Of a stretch of DNA of 64,000 nt, positions 10,601-20,124 are shown in pieces. Every line of letters starts with the position of its first letter. Position 1 is the first letter of the stretch. Below the pieces are notes generated by a model. The model searched no databases. It was given only the letters and a program-made list of their open reading frames with translations, and had not been told where the DNA came from. Both the position numbers and the translations under genes were made by a program. Origin of the DNA: Nitrosopumilus sp. GTDB lineage: Archaea; Thermoproteota; Nitrososphaeria; Nitrososphaerales; Nitrosopumilaceae. Location: NCBI GenBank assembly GCA_965204345.1, contig OZ241981.1, positions 1,792,001-1,856,000 of the forward strand. Direction: 5' to 3'.

Positions 10601-12179
10601 TATTGGTACGGCATCTGCTACAGACAATGCAGGTGCAAGCCCTGTCATAACAAACAATGCACCAAACTCTTTCCCACTTGGCACCACGCAAGTTGTCTGG
10701 ACTGCCACTGATGCAGCAGGCAATACCGGCTCAGATACGCAAGATATCACCATACAGGACACAACAAAGCCCGTATTTGGTATAGGTGTACGGGACATCA
10801 GCCTGACCTCCAGTGTTTCAACGTCAGTTGACTTTGCAACTCCTTCTGCCACTGACATCTTCCCCGTAAGCATATCCTGTGATCCTGCATCTGGAGCAGT
10901 ATTTGCCATAGGTACCACTCAAGTTACATGTACTGCCACTGACTCAAACGGCAACTCTGCTGAGGCTGTCTTTAGCATAATCATATCTCATTCATTCTTT
11001 AATCCCGTCTTAATTGATGACTCATTTGATGCCACGCTAGACAGCTGGCAATACAAAGAAAAACCCCACACCGTAGCTAATCAGCAGTATTGCCACACCC
11101 AAAATACAGACGTGTATTCCTTGAGTCGCAGCACTGATCATGGCGGCTCTGCCAATGTACAATATTCCGTATCATGCTGGTTTGGGGCTGCAGGAGGCGC
11201 AAGGTCCTTTGAGATTCCCTCTGTGTATAGCTCAGGCGATTTGTCCATATCCCTTGACCGCAGAAGCTTGGCAGACCTGCTCAGATTTAACCACGTAGGA
11301 CATATCAACAACATGCATTATCTAATTTCAGATTCGCAAAACAACGTTTTTAGCACCAGTCCGATATTTAAGGGGGAGCGAAATTCCAGTATAGGCGACA
11401 CGGGCTGGGGCAGTTTCTCCATGAATATTCCATTTACTGAGTCACTTGCATGTCCGTGTGAGCTTTACATTTTTACCCATGACTCGTGGCAGGCAGAATG
11501 GAAAAAACAGTTATTCTTTGATAATGTGACCCTCAAAGTCATTCCATCTGCCTCAGGGGCAGTTGACACAGCTATGGATGTGCCCAGCACATTAAAAGTG
11601 GATGAACTGTTTGGCATGATGTTCTCAAATGGCACCAAGATAGTGGTTACAAACAAGCAGGTATACGATAACAGCATCGCAATATCATGGGACGCCTTTG
11701 ATCATGCCCAGCAATACAAGGTAACAATTGCGGCAGCAGATACGCCAGCAGAAGAGTTTGCCTACAATACAAACAAGACAGATCACAGATTCATTGGGCT
11801 GGAGCCTGACACGCAGTATGAGATTCGAGTCGGGGTAACATCAGATGTCTCAACCCAAAGCGTACTACAAGCTAGAACTTTAAGTGACGGCGACGCAATC
11901 TTTGAGAGTATGCTGTCTCTGAGCGTTGCAATTGAAGATGAAAATGCTGCAGTGTTATCCTGGACTGATGCAAACAATGTCGGAGGCAACACGTATAGGG
12001 TTGAGCGCCAGATTGATGGCGGGTTTGTCCCGACAGACTTGCAGCCTGGAGCAAACACCGTGGCCTCTGAGAACATTTTGGATGAATGGCATGGGGTAAC
12101 GCTGACATACAGGGTCTACGAGATAGTCGATGGCCAGAAGCTGTATTCAAATGAGGTTTCGGTAGATATACCACAGTAA
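7659..12179 (+). CDS. Large secreted surface protein: degenerate M12B/reprolysin-like domain, Ig-like, MAM-like jelly-roll, HYR repeats, FN3
   Basis: Signal peptide; SATNAIGRMHGAGYD at the HExxHxxGxxHD position followed by HGHGY..RTMMA; DTTPPVI/FPLGTT/TATD HYR motifs; GLEPDTQYEIRV FN3 motif. Confidence 0.75.
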   Translation: MMTNLLALLLAIFAVMGIGHAYAQTSELFVPLPDSELESLDAFEGYNFESQMVTIDTQVFSSEQLSITIFGQSTTFTKDSVEHYEDGNYLWEGSNDNEETAMFEVSGTKAVGIIDTSNRTFQVFPVEATTHEVYLIDQSQFPPDTVVPPGASGEQSFDRDEIDHLVESYIGGFKYVRFTEDLVIDVFIAITTDAISEYGSLERFISNSVIRNTDSTYGYNNIPVELNLVDRVRVSGYTETDDLETDLYKFRFSDEGNLERVRVLIEREEADIAIMFVDSIIDDDVDVDDYAKDLDNKCSLAAQQLVRTPSTAFAVVDIKCLAAYSATNAIGRMHGAGYDIDMERNPIFSHGHGYYDVGIAQRTMMASSGGNCDNPITQTKETCDRRRVWSDPFRNFLGTTNRIGDDVSWNARVVFATAPHIASLRGPAQTYDDTRPTGSVTLPQNIPQSGKLNISATFNEIINPNFPLDVTITNGYTSTTGTMTRTSDTTFEYSHLLDGEDGTFVILFSNARDIFGNPVAKTPTSGGMVTLDAEDILHRPFSGPITTNFEDNFQGGLSQWKLTGYGRPTTATPDEVIFPATDIDTANKVMSSNQCSRICMSTIPTLLDTRQPLTISFDRFVDKSIRQDDGLYLEYSVDDGTTWTTLAEYTSDNDEDTDDWEREYVSLVIPQSSAKLRLLMDVSERRGFVEVDNFKVYKPVPAVPDIMLRPILSMDRTQISFSLMERIPVRLDASDFEISHGTITSLSHRANSSSASMRVADIPYDTPITVTYTGPSILINGVYLNSGTSGMTNSIPKPVVLPEITAPSDMTIEATGALTRLAAEQLGTPTVTGDRLLPATNNAPRDFPLGDTTVRWTVTDASRNSATDTQVITIRDTTPPVIQDVTDLTLETDTDSIAANYAVPVATDTVDTSVDVSCNVAVGADLPIGEHIITCTATDDSENTSQTIFRITVIFPDFVMPVITAPTDITLEATGILTPVNIGTASATDNAGASPVITNNAPNSFPLGTTQVVWTATDAAGNTGSDTQDITIQDTTKPVFGIGVRDISLTSSVSTSVDFATPSATDIFPVSISCDPASGAVFAIGTTQVTCTATDSNGNSAEAVFSIIISHSFFNPVLIDDSFDATLDSWQYKEKPHTVANQQYCHTQNTDVYSLSRSTDHGGSANVQYSVSCWFGAAGGARSFEIPSVYSSGDLSISLDRRSLADLLRFNHVGHINNMHYLISDSQNNVFSTSPIFKGERNSSIGDTGWGSFSMNIPFTESLACPCELYIFTHDSWQAEWKKQLFFDNVTLKVIPSASGAVDTAMDVPSTLKVDELFGMMFSNGTKIVVTNKQVYDNSIAISWDAFDHAQQYKVTIAAADTPAEEFAYNTNKTDHRFIGLEPDTQYEIRVGVTSDVSTQSVLQARTLSDGDAIFESMLSLSVAIEDENAAVLSWTDANNVGGNTYRVERQIDGGFVPTDLQPGANTVASENILDEWHGVTLTYRVYEIVDGQKLYSNEVSVDIPQ

Positions 12180-12381
12180 GACGTCTTTGTACACATTAAT
12201 TTTAGGTCATTTTGAAGTTTCCTACTCTTCTCTCCTTTCTCTTCAAACAAGTTTGGTAAATTCTCGTTATCTGATCATCAAAATTTACTGGAATCCGAAT
12301 TGAACTGTCCTATGAAATGTCCCGAGTTTTGAACAGTGTATAGAATAGCAAATATTTATAAATCATTTAGCTTAACCTAAT

Positions 12382-13191
12382 ATGATGATTGGAGCGAATA
12401 CAATCCTAGTTGCTTCTTTGACTGTTGCCATAATTCTACCACTGACCATGGCAGGTATTGTATATGCGGATGACGCATTAAAAAAAGATTTTGACCTCTT
12501 AAAAGAAGCAGAAAAGATTGAAGAAAAAGAAAAAGGACTCAAGTATGATAAAGACGGTAACAATAAAGACAGTATTAAAAATGAAGATCAGAAACGACAT
12601 GAAGATATCGTAAAAGAACTCAATTCCAGAGGAATATTCCATAAAAGTCAAACACTTGGTGACAGTATGGTTGGTTATGAGGTAGTTAATACTCAAAGTA
12701 TTAGCAACTCTGATCAAATACAAGTAATTACATATTCTCCGACGGGGAATAATATAGAAACAGACGACTATGTTTGTTCACCATGCGGTGAAACTCATGA
12801 CAAAAAACTATCGATTAAATCTGGCATGGAATGGAATAATTCTTATTTCCCTGCATGGGTTAACAGAGTAGAGAGTGATTGGTCAAAATTTGGAGATATG
12901 TATGAAGCAGCAAGATCTCAAATATCTGGAAATGAACACGATGTAAGAATATACGTTAAGACAAAATCTAATCATCCTATTACTACTGCATCATTTACAA
13001 TTCATTCTGATGTATTCATAAGGGATCAGCATGGTGGTTGGGTGACACTTGGTTCAACATTCATAAAAGCATATCCTCAAGTGTACTATCCATACGCATT
13101 CAGCATTAAAGGCGATGTATTGTACACAAAAGATTACTTGCCTGGTCCTACACGACATATAGCGTCTATAACTATCCTGGCAATATCATAA
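12382..13191 (+). CDS. Secreted hypothetical protein
   Basis: Signal peptide similar to the island-2 cassette proteins (TILVASLTVAIILPLTMAG), charged N-terminal region, CSPC motif. Confidence 0.7.
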   Translation: MMIGANTILVASLTVAIILPLTMAGIVYADDALKKDFDLLKEAEKIEEKEKGLKYDKDGNNKDSIKNEDQKRHEDIVKELNSRGIFHKSQTLGDSMVGYEVVNTQSISNSDQIQVITYSPTGNNIETDDYVCSPCGETHDKKLSIKSGMEWNNSYFPAWVNRVESDWSKFGDMYEAARSQISGNEHDVRIYVKTKSNHPITTASFTIHSDVFIRDQHGGWVTLGSTFIKAYPQVYYPYAFSIKGDVLYTKDYLPGPTRHIASITILAIS

Positions 13192-13208
13192 TATCTTTTT
13201 TTAAAATC

Positions 13209-13580
13209 ATGTCTTTGGAAATCTCGACCATCACATATTTGGAACAAGTAAAAAAAGTTCTTCCTGAATGGGATATTACAATAACACCTGTAGATCTCAT
13301 GGAGAATCCCCAAAAATACAACAAAATGGACATCAAGTTAGTTAACATTAAAAATAAAATTACCCGAGATGCCAGTATCCCTTTGTTTAAGCCACCTCCA
13401 AATGCATTACCACCTCATCATGCTAGTGTTATCACTATAAACATAGCCTCATTAGCCTATAAAGAAGAACCAGAAAAAGAGGCGGATCTTACTCAAAAAA
13501 TATTTAATCAGCTTGGGACATTCTATGAAATACGTAAGCATGGTTCTGATAAATGTCGGTGTTCCTGCCATAAATCATAA
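13209..13580 (+). CDS. Hypothetical protein
   Basis: 123-aa ORF 17 bp downstream of the secreted gene; Cys-rich C-terminus CRCSCH. Confidence 0.55.
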   Translation: MSLEISTITYLEQVKKVLPEWDITITPVDLMENPQKYNKMDIKLVNIKNKITRDASIPLFKPPPNALPPHHASVITINIASLAYKEEPEKEADLTQKIFNQLGTFYEIRKHGSDKCRCSCHKS

Positions 13581-13662
13581 ATGTAATAATTGGTAAATTG
13601 TACTTTGAGATTTTTTTGATGATTAAATCTTCTAGATAATTTAAGAAAATCATCTTTTTCAT

Positions 13663-14340
13663 CTATCCCAAACTCGATATTAGTGGCACAATATCTTTTT
13701 TTACACACACGATCATCGGTATGTCATTTTTAACATACGTTGATACCTGGGTTTCCCGCAAATCCATGATCAAGTCTTGAAAATCTTTGATGTTATCTGC
13801 CTCAAATGCTAGCATAAAATCTTCATCATGTATGCCAAAGGAATACGTTGTATTGAGAACTATTTGTGGGTACTTTTTACTGACATTGATATGCTCATCC
13901 ATTATTTCCTGGCGTTTTTCTTTTGGCAGTAGGTACCACTCTCTTGTTTTTGTAAATGGATACACGATAACATGTTTTTTTGGATTGTTGCCTGTGATGA
14001 ATCCGTGGGCCTTTTGTTCCTGCACGTAAATAGACGGCCTTGTACATGACAAATATGTCATTGAAGGGATGATGTATTTTCCAAAGACTGTTTTGTATAT
14101 TTTTTCCATTATGACTTGTATCTCTTCAACTGTTTTTGCTGCAAACCAAAATAAAAAGTCCGCATCATCTCTTAGTCCCAAATTTGAATATGATCTGAAC
14201 ATGATTCCAGAATTATTGATTACATTTTCAACTTCCTTTGCAGATTCTTCCTTTGCCAAATCTGCCATCCATCTCCATTTGGGATCAACTTTGAAAAATG
14301 AGAAATTAAAATAATATTGATCTTCTTCTTCTTCTGACAC
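13663..14340 (-). CDS. Chlorite dismutase / coproheme decarboxylase-like heme protein
   Basis: YPFTKTREWYLLP..RQEIMDEH, TTYSFGIHDEDF, LRETQ motifs. Confidence 0.88.
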   Translation of the reverse strand: MSEEEEDQYYFNFSFFKVDPKWRWMADLAKEESAKEVENVINNSGIMFRSYSNLGLRDDADFLFWFAAKTVEEIQVIMEKIYKTVFGKYIIPSMTYLSCTRPSIYVQEQKAHGFITGNNPKKHVIVYPFTKTREWYLLPKEKRQEIMDEHINVSKKYPQIVLNTTYSFGIHDEDFMLAFEADNIKDFQDLIMDLRETQVSTYVKNDIPMIVCVKKDIVPLISSLG

Positions 14341-14620
14341 GCTCTCTTGAATTTTAAAACCCTATTTAAACAAAAACTAGATTCCCTGTTGTGAAATTTC
14401 AATTATTTTATCTGGTGTTTTATGACATGTTTTTCTTTGGATTGGTGTCGTTGGCATTCCAAAATGTTGGCACTTTTCTTGATTATTTCTTTATTTGCTT
14501 TAACCTTTGGTTGGTTCTGATTTAATACTGGTATTGATTTGTGCATCCTTTATCTCTAAAAATTTTACATGAACTTGCAATTCAATTATTTTTGTGAAAA
14601 ATTATTGTAACTAAATTTAG

Positions 14621-15391
14621 CTAGGCTGATTGTTCTAGTGCCCACTCGTAACCTTCTGCTTCAAGCTTGTCTGCAAGTGACGCATCACCTGTTTTTAATA
14701 CCTGCCCCTTTGCAAATACATGTACAAAATCTAACTTGTCTAAGAATTTGAGAATCCTTGCATAGTGGGTAATTATAACTACTGTTGCATCCCTGCCTGA
14801 CACCTTGCTGATTGCCTGTGCTACTGCTTGAACTGCATCAATGTCCAATCCTGAATCTGGCTCATCCAAAACTGAAATTTTCGGTTTTAAAACTGCCATC
14901 TGTAAAACTTCCGCACGTTTCTTCTCCCCTCCTGAAAATCCCTCATTAAGATATCTTGAAAGGAATTCTTCTCTTAATCCGACTTTTTCCAAATTTTCTT
15001 TAAGATATTTTTGAAATTCTCTTACTGTGATGAATACTTCTCTGTCGTCTCCTTCCAGTGCCTTGCTAAGCGAATTGTAAGCTGTTCTTAGAAAGTGAGA
15101 AAACCCTACACCTGAAACTTCTGTCGGATATTGAAATCCTAGGAAGAGGCCTTTCTTTGCCCTTTCATCTGCGGTTAGTTCTAAAATACTCTCTCCGTCT
15201 AGCAAAATATCCCCCTTGGTAACTTCGTATTTTGGGTGTGCAAGTAACGTGTAAGCTAGCGTACTTTTTCCTGAACCGTTTGGCCCCATTATGGCATGTA
15301 CCTCACCTGGGCCTGTTTTGAGATTAACCCCTTTGAGAATCTCTTTGCCTTCCCTTGATACGTGAAGATCCTTGATCTCTAATACTGCCAT
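14621..15391 (-). CDS. sufC: Fe-S cluster assembly ATPase SufC
   Basis: GPNGSGKST, FQYPTEVSGV, NEGFSGGEKKRAE, LDEPDSGLDIDA. Confidence 0.95.
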   Translation of the reverse strand: MAVLEIKDLHVSREGKEILKGVNLKTGPGEVHAIMGPNGSGKSTLAYTLLAHPKYEVTKGDILLDGESILELTADERAKKGLFLGFQYPTEVSGVGFSHFLRTAYNSLSKALEGDDREVFITVREFQKYLKENLEKVGLREEFLSRYLNEGFSGGEKKRAEVLQMAVLKPKISVLDEPDSGLDIDAVQAVAQAISKVSGRDATVVIITHYARILKFLDKLDFVHVFAKGQVLKTGDASLADKLEAEGYEWALEQSA

Positions 15392-15509
15392 AATGCGACT
15401 TGTTCTGATTCTCTATATAATACCGACGAAATTTAGCTAATCCTAATCGCAAGATGCTTAATAAAATGAAAAGAAAAAAAATGGGGGGGGGGGTTGGTTT
15501 TTTGTGCAG

Positions 15510-16463
15510 TTAATTGGCCAGAGATGGTCTCAAAGTGATTTTGAGCTTGTAGCACGTTAGTATCTCTTTACATCTGTTTCTGATAGTGACCTCTGTAACT
15601 CCTGCAATACTTGAGACGTCCCTCTGTAGGACGCTTTGTCCAAGTAAAACTGATGCTACATACAGATATGCTGCGGCAATTCCATTTGGGGCTTTTCCAT
15701 CTGCAATGCTGCTATCCTTGGTTTTTTCTGCAATTTCCAAGGCCAGTCTCTCGACTCGTACCTCTGTCTGTGTCATGTTTGCTATCTTTGAGATGTACTT
15801 GTCCATGGTTACAACAGGGGCGTGTAACTGTCCCATTTCCATTACCATGGTTCTATAGTATCTAGCTGCAAGTTTTGTTTTTGACTTGACATCTTTTGCA
15901 GGACAAATTCCTCGGCAAATTTCTTCCAATGATCTTACCACGTCACATTGTTTGCATGCCATGTAAATTGTAGCAGCAGTGATGCTTACCACTGACTTTC
16001 CCTTTACTTCTACATGTCCATCCAAATTCCTGTATATCATCGAAGCAGTCTCCAACACATTCTTTGAAAGATCCAGGCCTTCGCATGTTTCGCCCATTTT
16101 GGTTAAAACACTTGCCAGTCTTCTCTCTCTTGGTGAGGAGACTCTTACTCTTTGCTGCCATTTTCTGAGATTATGCATTTGATTTGCGACATCGTGGTTG
16201 ATTGTTTTTCCACTAAAGTCCTTTGCACTGATTGAAATCTCAGTGGTTATTCCCAAGTCATGCTGGGAATACGTTGTTTGCCCTGTTGCCCTTGCAAGCT
16301 TCATCTTGTCTTCAAAATTCGAGCTTGTTGTTTCTGGACCAAAATCTGCAATCTGATCATCGACTACAACGCCGCAACCAGAACAGATTATTTCACCATT
16401 CTGTATGTCATCTACCAGTGTAGATTTGCATTCAGGACAGTTTTGTTTTTCTAGCATGTTCAT
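15510..16463 (-). CDS. tfb: Transcription initiation factor IIB (TFB)
   Basis: CPEC...GEIICSGCG zinc ribbon, two cyclin repeats, GVTEVTIRNR. Confidence 0.95.
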   Translation of the reverse strand: MNMLEKQNCPECKSTLVDDIQNGEIICSGCGVVVDDQIADFGPETTSSNFEDKMKLARATGQTTYSQHDLGITTEISISAKDFSGKTINHDVANQMHNLRKWQQRVRVSSPRERRLASVLTKMGETCEGLDLSKNVLETASMIYRNLDGHVEVKGKSVVSITAATIYMACKQCDVVRSLEEICRGICPAKDVKSKTKLAARYYRTMVMEMGQLHAPVVTMDKYISKIANMTQTEVRVERLALEIAEKTKDSSIADGKAPNGIAAAYLYVASVLLGQSVLQRDVSSIAGVTEVTIRNRCKEILTCYKLKITLRPSLAN

Positions 16464-16729
16464 TATTTTCTTCTCCTAAATTTTTTTGGCTTTTCAGCAG
16501 GAGATTCTTGAGATGCGAAAACGTTTTTGCCAACGTATTTTTTAATATTGTTCGTTAATGGCGTAGCTGATGCAAACGGTCTAGCTATTGGACCTATCAG
16601 TTCGTTTACTTTTGCAACTCTAGTTCCCTTTTCGTCACAGAGTATCTGTCCTTCAGCCAATTCTGTTGATAGCTGAATGATTACCCTGCCACTACCGGCT
16701 AGGTGCATTATTTCGCCTACCTCCTGCAA
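16463..16729 (-). CDS. H/ACA RNP Gar1/Naf1-like protein
   Basis: VGEIMHLAGSGRVII...KVNELIGPIARPF; basic tail; usual position next to SRP19 and tfb. Confidence 0.8.
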   Translation of the reverse strand: MQEVGEIMHLAGSGRVIIQLSTELAEGQILCDEKGTRVAKVNELIGPIARPFASATPLTNNIKKYVGKNVFASQESPAEKPKKFRRRK

Positions 16730-16803
16730 TTAGATAACATAATTATCGTATTGTTATCATAGACTTCTGTCAACTTTACTTTAGCTAAGAGCTAGATTTC
16801 ATC

Positions 16804-17103
16804 TTATTTTGATCGTTTGGATCTTTTTGCCACTAGCTTTTCTGAAATTTTGTTAAGAATTTTTGTCTTGGAGGATCCTTTTGGCACAATAACATACCCT
16901 GACCTCACAAAGGGTTTTTTGGGAAACCTTACTTTGTCATTTGATTCTGTAACTTCAAGTCCCCCGGCCTTTGTTGCATCTGTCAGTTCCTTTAGCGACG
17001 GATCAAAGACACACTTTTCCAGTCCTAACCTCCTGCCTTCAGATCTTTTTAAATTCTTGTTGAAATAATCCAGCCAGATTACGACGTGCTCGTAATCCTT
17101 CAT
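16804..17103 (-). CDS. srp19: Signal recognition particle protein SRP19
   Basis: VIWLDYFNKNLKRSEGRR...DPSLKEL. Confidence 0.92.
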   Translation of the reverse strand: MKDYEHVVIWLDYFNKNLKRSEGRRLGLEKCVFDPSLKELTDATKAGGLEVTESNDKVRFPKKPFVRSGYVIVPKGSSKTKILNKISEKLVAKRSKRSK

Positions 17104-17104
17104 T

Positions 17105-17488
17105 TTATTCCTTTAGTAAAATTGCGTTAACGATTCCGTTCTGTCCTGGTTTTGAAACAACCCTGCATTTGCCCTCTCGCGTTTCAAGAATTGCTCCCTT
17201 TGTGATGATTCCCCGCCTTTTGTAATCATTGTTTGTTGCGTTTTCTAGCACTTTGATAATCTTTGATTTTTTTACTTTGGCATCCCCTGTTGCCAAGTTA
17301 ACAAAGTCAACTGACTTTAGAGCTGTTTTTTGATTGTTGCCGCGAACTCTTCTTGTTATTGTAACTTGAGCTGCATTGATAGGCTCGTTTGGATATCTGT
17401 CTATCTCATATTTTCTTCTAATTCTAAGCGGAATTCTTCTTCCTCCTGTAATCTTGCTAGTTGCTAAATTTTCTACTGACTTTCTCAC
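17105..17488 (-). CDS. rps8e: 30S ribosomal protein S8e
   Basis: KITGGR, RVRGNNQK, RRGIITKGAI, SKPGQNGIVNA. Confidence 0.95.
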   Translation of the reverse strand: MRKSVENLATSKITGGRRIPLRIRRKYEIDRYPNEPINAAQVTITRRVRGNNQKTALKSVDFVNLATGDAKVKKSKIIKVLENATNNDYKRRGIITKGAILETREGKCRVVSKPGQNGIVNAILLKE

Positions 17489-17561
17489 AAAATCATGTCT
17501 TAATCACTCTAATTTATACAAAACGACAGAACCTAGCCATGATTTGAAAAATTCACCTGGT

Positions 17562-18134
17562 TTACTTTGTAGTAATTTGTGGAGAAGGAGCCGCTGCTTG
17601 CTTACTGGCAGTCCTTCGTACTTTGGAGAACAGTCTCTGCTTTAGATCCTCGACATCTCCCTGTATGCCAAAATATTTCTGGAATTTTTCTGTCGTCGTG
17701 TAAATTTTTAGCCGTCCCACATTTTGATGGCTGATATAGTCCAACTGTCGTAATTCTTTAAGATGTGCGTATACTCCGGATCCTCTTGTTTCCACCAATT
17801 GTTTTGACGAAATTGGCTGCATGTATGCAATATATGATAATGTCTTCAATGTTGCATTTGGGAGGACTGGCTTTGATGCATATCTTTTAACGGTTGCACT
17901 GTATTCTGGCTTTAGCTGCATTACGTATGATCCGTCTGGAAGTATTACCACTTCTAATGCTTTGAATGCATTTTTTGTCTTTTTCATTATGTTTCCAAGC
18001 AACTCCAATGTCTTGGTTCTGGATTCTGTGCCTGAAGCCCTTGTAACATCCTCAATTTTGAGCGGCCTGCCTGCCGAATACAATGCAGCCTCTATTCTTG
18101 CTGTTGCCTCATCGAGATTTTCAATTTTGACCAA
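17562..18134 (-). CDS. scpB: SMC-Scp complex subunit ScpB
   Basis: IEAALYSAGRP, TLSYIAYMQPI, YTTTEKFQKYFG. Confidence 0.92.
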   Translation of the reverse strand: MVKIENLDEATARIEAALYSAGRPLKIEDVTRASGTESRTKTLELLGNIMKKTKNAFKALEVVILPDGSYVMQLKPEYSATVKRYASKPVLPNATLKTLSYIAYMQPISSKQLVETRGSGVYAHLKELRQLDYISHQNVGRLKIYTTTEKFQKYFGIQGDVEDLKQRLFSKVRRTASKQAAAPSPQITTK

Positions 18135-18154
18135 TTATTTTCTCCCCATTGTGC

Positions 18155-18832
18155 TTAATTTTTTAATTCTTCTCTTATTACTGTGATTTTGATGTCATCC
18201 TCAATCTGTTCGAGGTCTACCCTTTGATCCCTTGCTAAAAACAATGCGGCAAAGAAACATCTGATTGAGTCAACCTGATCAAGCTCTGCAATGACGTCTT
18301 GCAATAATCCAAATCCTGCGGCTCTGATCTTCCTCATTATCAATTCTTCGTATTTTCCAATTATGCTTTCAAGTGAAATAAAGAATTCTTGAAAGTCCGG
18401 CGCTGCTATGGGCTCTATGTCTAACTGCTTGCTTCGTCTTGATTGCGGGTTTGCAATTGTTCCGATGAGATTCTGCAGTAATCCCAACAAGTCATCTAGT
18501 GACACCGGGTAAGTGGATTCGTGTCTGTATGGAATGTCTATTAATTCAATGTCAACGTCTGTTCTTTGATGCATTGGCTTTTTCTCCATTGCCGCCTTTT
18601 GTAGTGCAAAAATGCTCTCAACTTTCATTCTGTAAATTAGTGATGATGACAGTGCTGCCATTCCTGCCACCTTGAGATCTTTTTTACCCGTTCTTTCAAG
18701 AATTTTTATTAATAAATTTAAAATCTGAATAAGATCAATTTCCCAAACGTCTTTTTTGACAACTGATGATGGACTAAATAGGATGTTTACTGGTTCCTGA
18801 GAGATGCTGTTGGGAGTTTGTGCTTTGCTCAC
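18155..18832 (-). CDS. scpA: Segregation/condensation protein ScpA (kleisin)
   Basis: DVWEIDL, LIYRMKVE, FFAALFLARDQRVDLEQ; upstream of scpB. Confidence 0.85.
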   Translation of the reverse strand: MSKAQTPNSISQEPVNILFSPSSVVKKDVWEIDLIQILNLLIKILERTGKKDLKVAGMAALSSSLIYRMKVESIFALQKAAMEKKPMHQRTDVDIELIDIPYRHESTYPVSLDDLLGLLQNLIGTIANPQSRRSKQLDIEPIAAPDFQEFFISLESIIGKYEELIMRKIRAAGFGLLQDVIAELDQVDSIRCFFAALFLARDQRVDLEQIEDDIKITVIREELKN

Positions 18833-18926
18833 ATAACCTTTCTCTGACTATTCAATAATATCTAAGGGCTCTATTTTTTTCTCACATCCAGTCAACTCTT
18901 ATATTGTTAGTGTAAAAAAACCAACT

Positions 18927-19979
18927 ATGAAATCTGCTAGGATCACAGGTCCAAATGCACCACTTGCTGTATCTGAAACTGATACTCCCAAGCCCCAGGA
19001 CACCCAGGTACTAGTCAGGGTCAAGTCTGTGGGTGTCTGTCATAGTGATCTACACTTGTGGGAGGGCGGATATGATCTTGGTGATGGCCAGTTCATGAAG
19101 GTTACTGACAGGGGTGTCAAATATCCTGTGACTCCCGGACACGAAATTGTCGGCACTGTTGAGGATATCGGTGATGGTGTTTCTGATGTTTCCAAAGGGG
19201 ATAAAGTGCTAGTCTTTCCTTGGATTGGCTGTGGTGGGTGCCCTGCATGTAAGGCAGGCAATGAAAATTTATGTGATACCCCAAAATCTATGGGTGTTTT
19301 TCAGGATGGCGGATATTCTGATTATGCACTAATTCCTGATTCTAAATATTTAGCCAAGCTTGAAGGTGTTGATCCGGATGCTGCTACGTCTCTTGCTTGT
19401 TCAGGACTCACTGCTTATACTGCAATTAAAAAATCCAATGCCAATTCTCCGGAATTCATTGTTATTGTAGGCGCCGGTGGCTTGGGCCTGATGGGAGTAC
19501 AGATTGCAAAAGCCATTACTGGTGCCAAAATTATCTGTGTTGATCTGGATGATCAAAAATTGGAGACCGCAAAAGAGATGGGGGCCGACTATGCTGTCAA
19601 CTCCAAAGATCCACAAACAGCTCAGAAAATAATGTCTATCTGCAATGACAAGGGCGCAGACAGCGTAGTGGATTTTGTCAATGCCCCCCCTACTGCAAAA
19701 TTAGATTTAGCGATTCTTCGAAAGAGGGGCAATCTGGTCCTTGTTGGCCTGTTTGGCGGTTCGATTGAGTTATCCCTGGTTACAATTCCTCTAAAATCAA
19801 TTGTAATTCAGGGCGCATACACTGGCAACTATGATGACATGGTTGAGTTACTTGCCCTTGCAAGAAAGGGAACAATCAATCCCGTAATATCCAAAAGATA
19901 TTCTCTTGATGAGGCAAATTCTGCATTGGAGGATCTTAAAGCACGTAAAATCATTGGTCGTGCAGTAATCAATCCCTAG
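18927..19979 (+). CDS. Zinc-dependent alcohol dehydrogenase (MDR family)
   Basis: GVCHSDLH, GHEIVG, CGGCPAC...C structural Zn site, GAGGLG. Confidence 0.93.
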   Translation: MKSARITGPNAPLAVSETDTPKPQDTQVLVRVKSVGVCHSDLHLWEGGYDLGDGQFMKVTDRGVKYPVTPGHEIVGTVEDIGDGVSDVSKGDKVLVFPWIGCGGCPACKAGNENLCDTPKSMGVFQDGGYSDYALIPDSKYLAKLEGVDPDAATSLACSGLTAYTAIKKSNANSPEFIVIVGAGGLGLMGVQIAKAITGAKIICVDLDDQKLETAKEMGADYAVNSKDPQTAQKIMSICNDKGADSVVDFVNAPPTAKLDLAILRKRGNLVLVGLFGGSIELSLVTIPLKSIVIQGAYTGNYDDMVELLALARKGTINPVISKRYSLDEANSALEDLKARKIIGRAVINP

Positions 19980-20124
19980 TTCCATATCTTACACTTGCAC
20001 ATCTTAAAAACAAGCAATTCATTACCGCTCTAACTGTATCCAAATCAGGCATTATTGACTCTTGCCCATAAGTCATGAATCACTTGAAATTTGGCTGAAA
20101 TTGCATTAGCTACTGTTTTGAGAT

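Noticed and set aside
15470-15505. Poly-G tract as a phase-variation switch
   Set aside because: It lies downstream of the tfb stop next to a T-rich terminator-like tract, not in a CDS or obvious core promoter
17524-17533. GACAGAACC as another IS6 end
   Set aside because: Short match in a housekeeping intergenic region without the rest of the motif; likely chance
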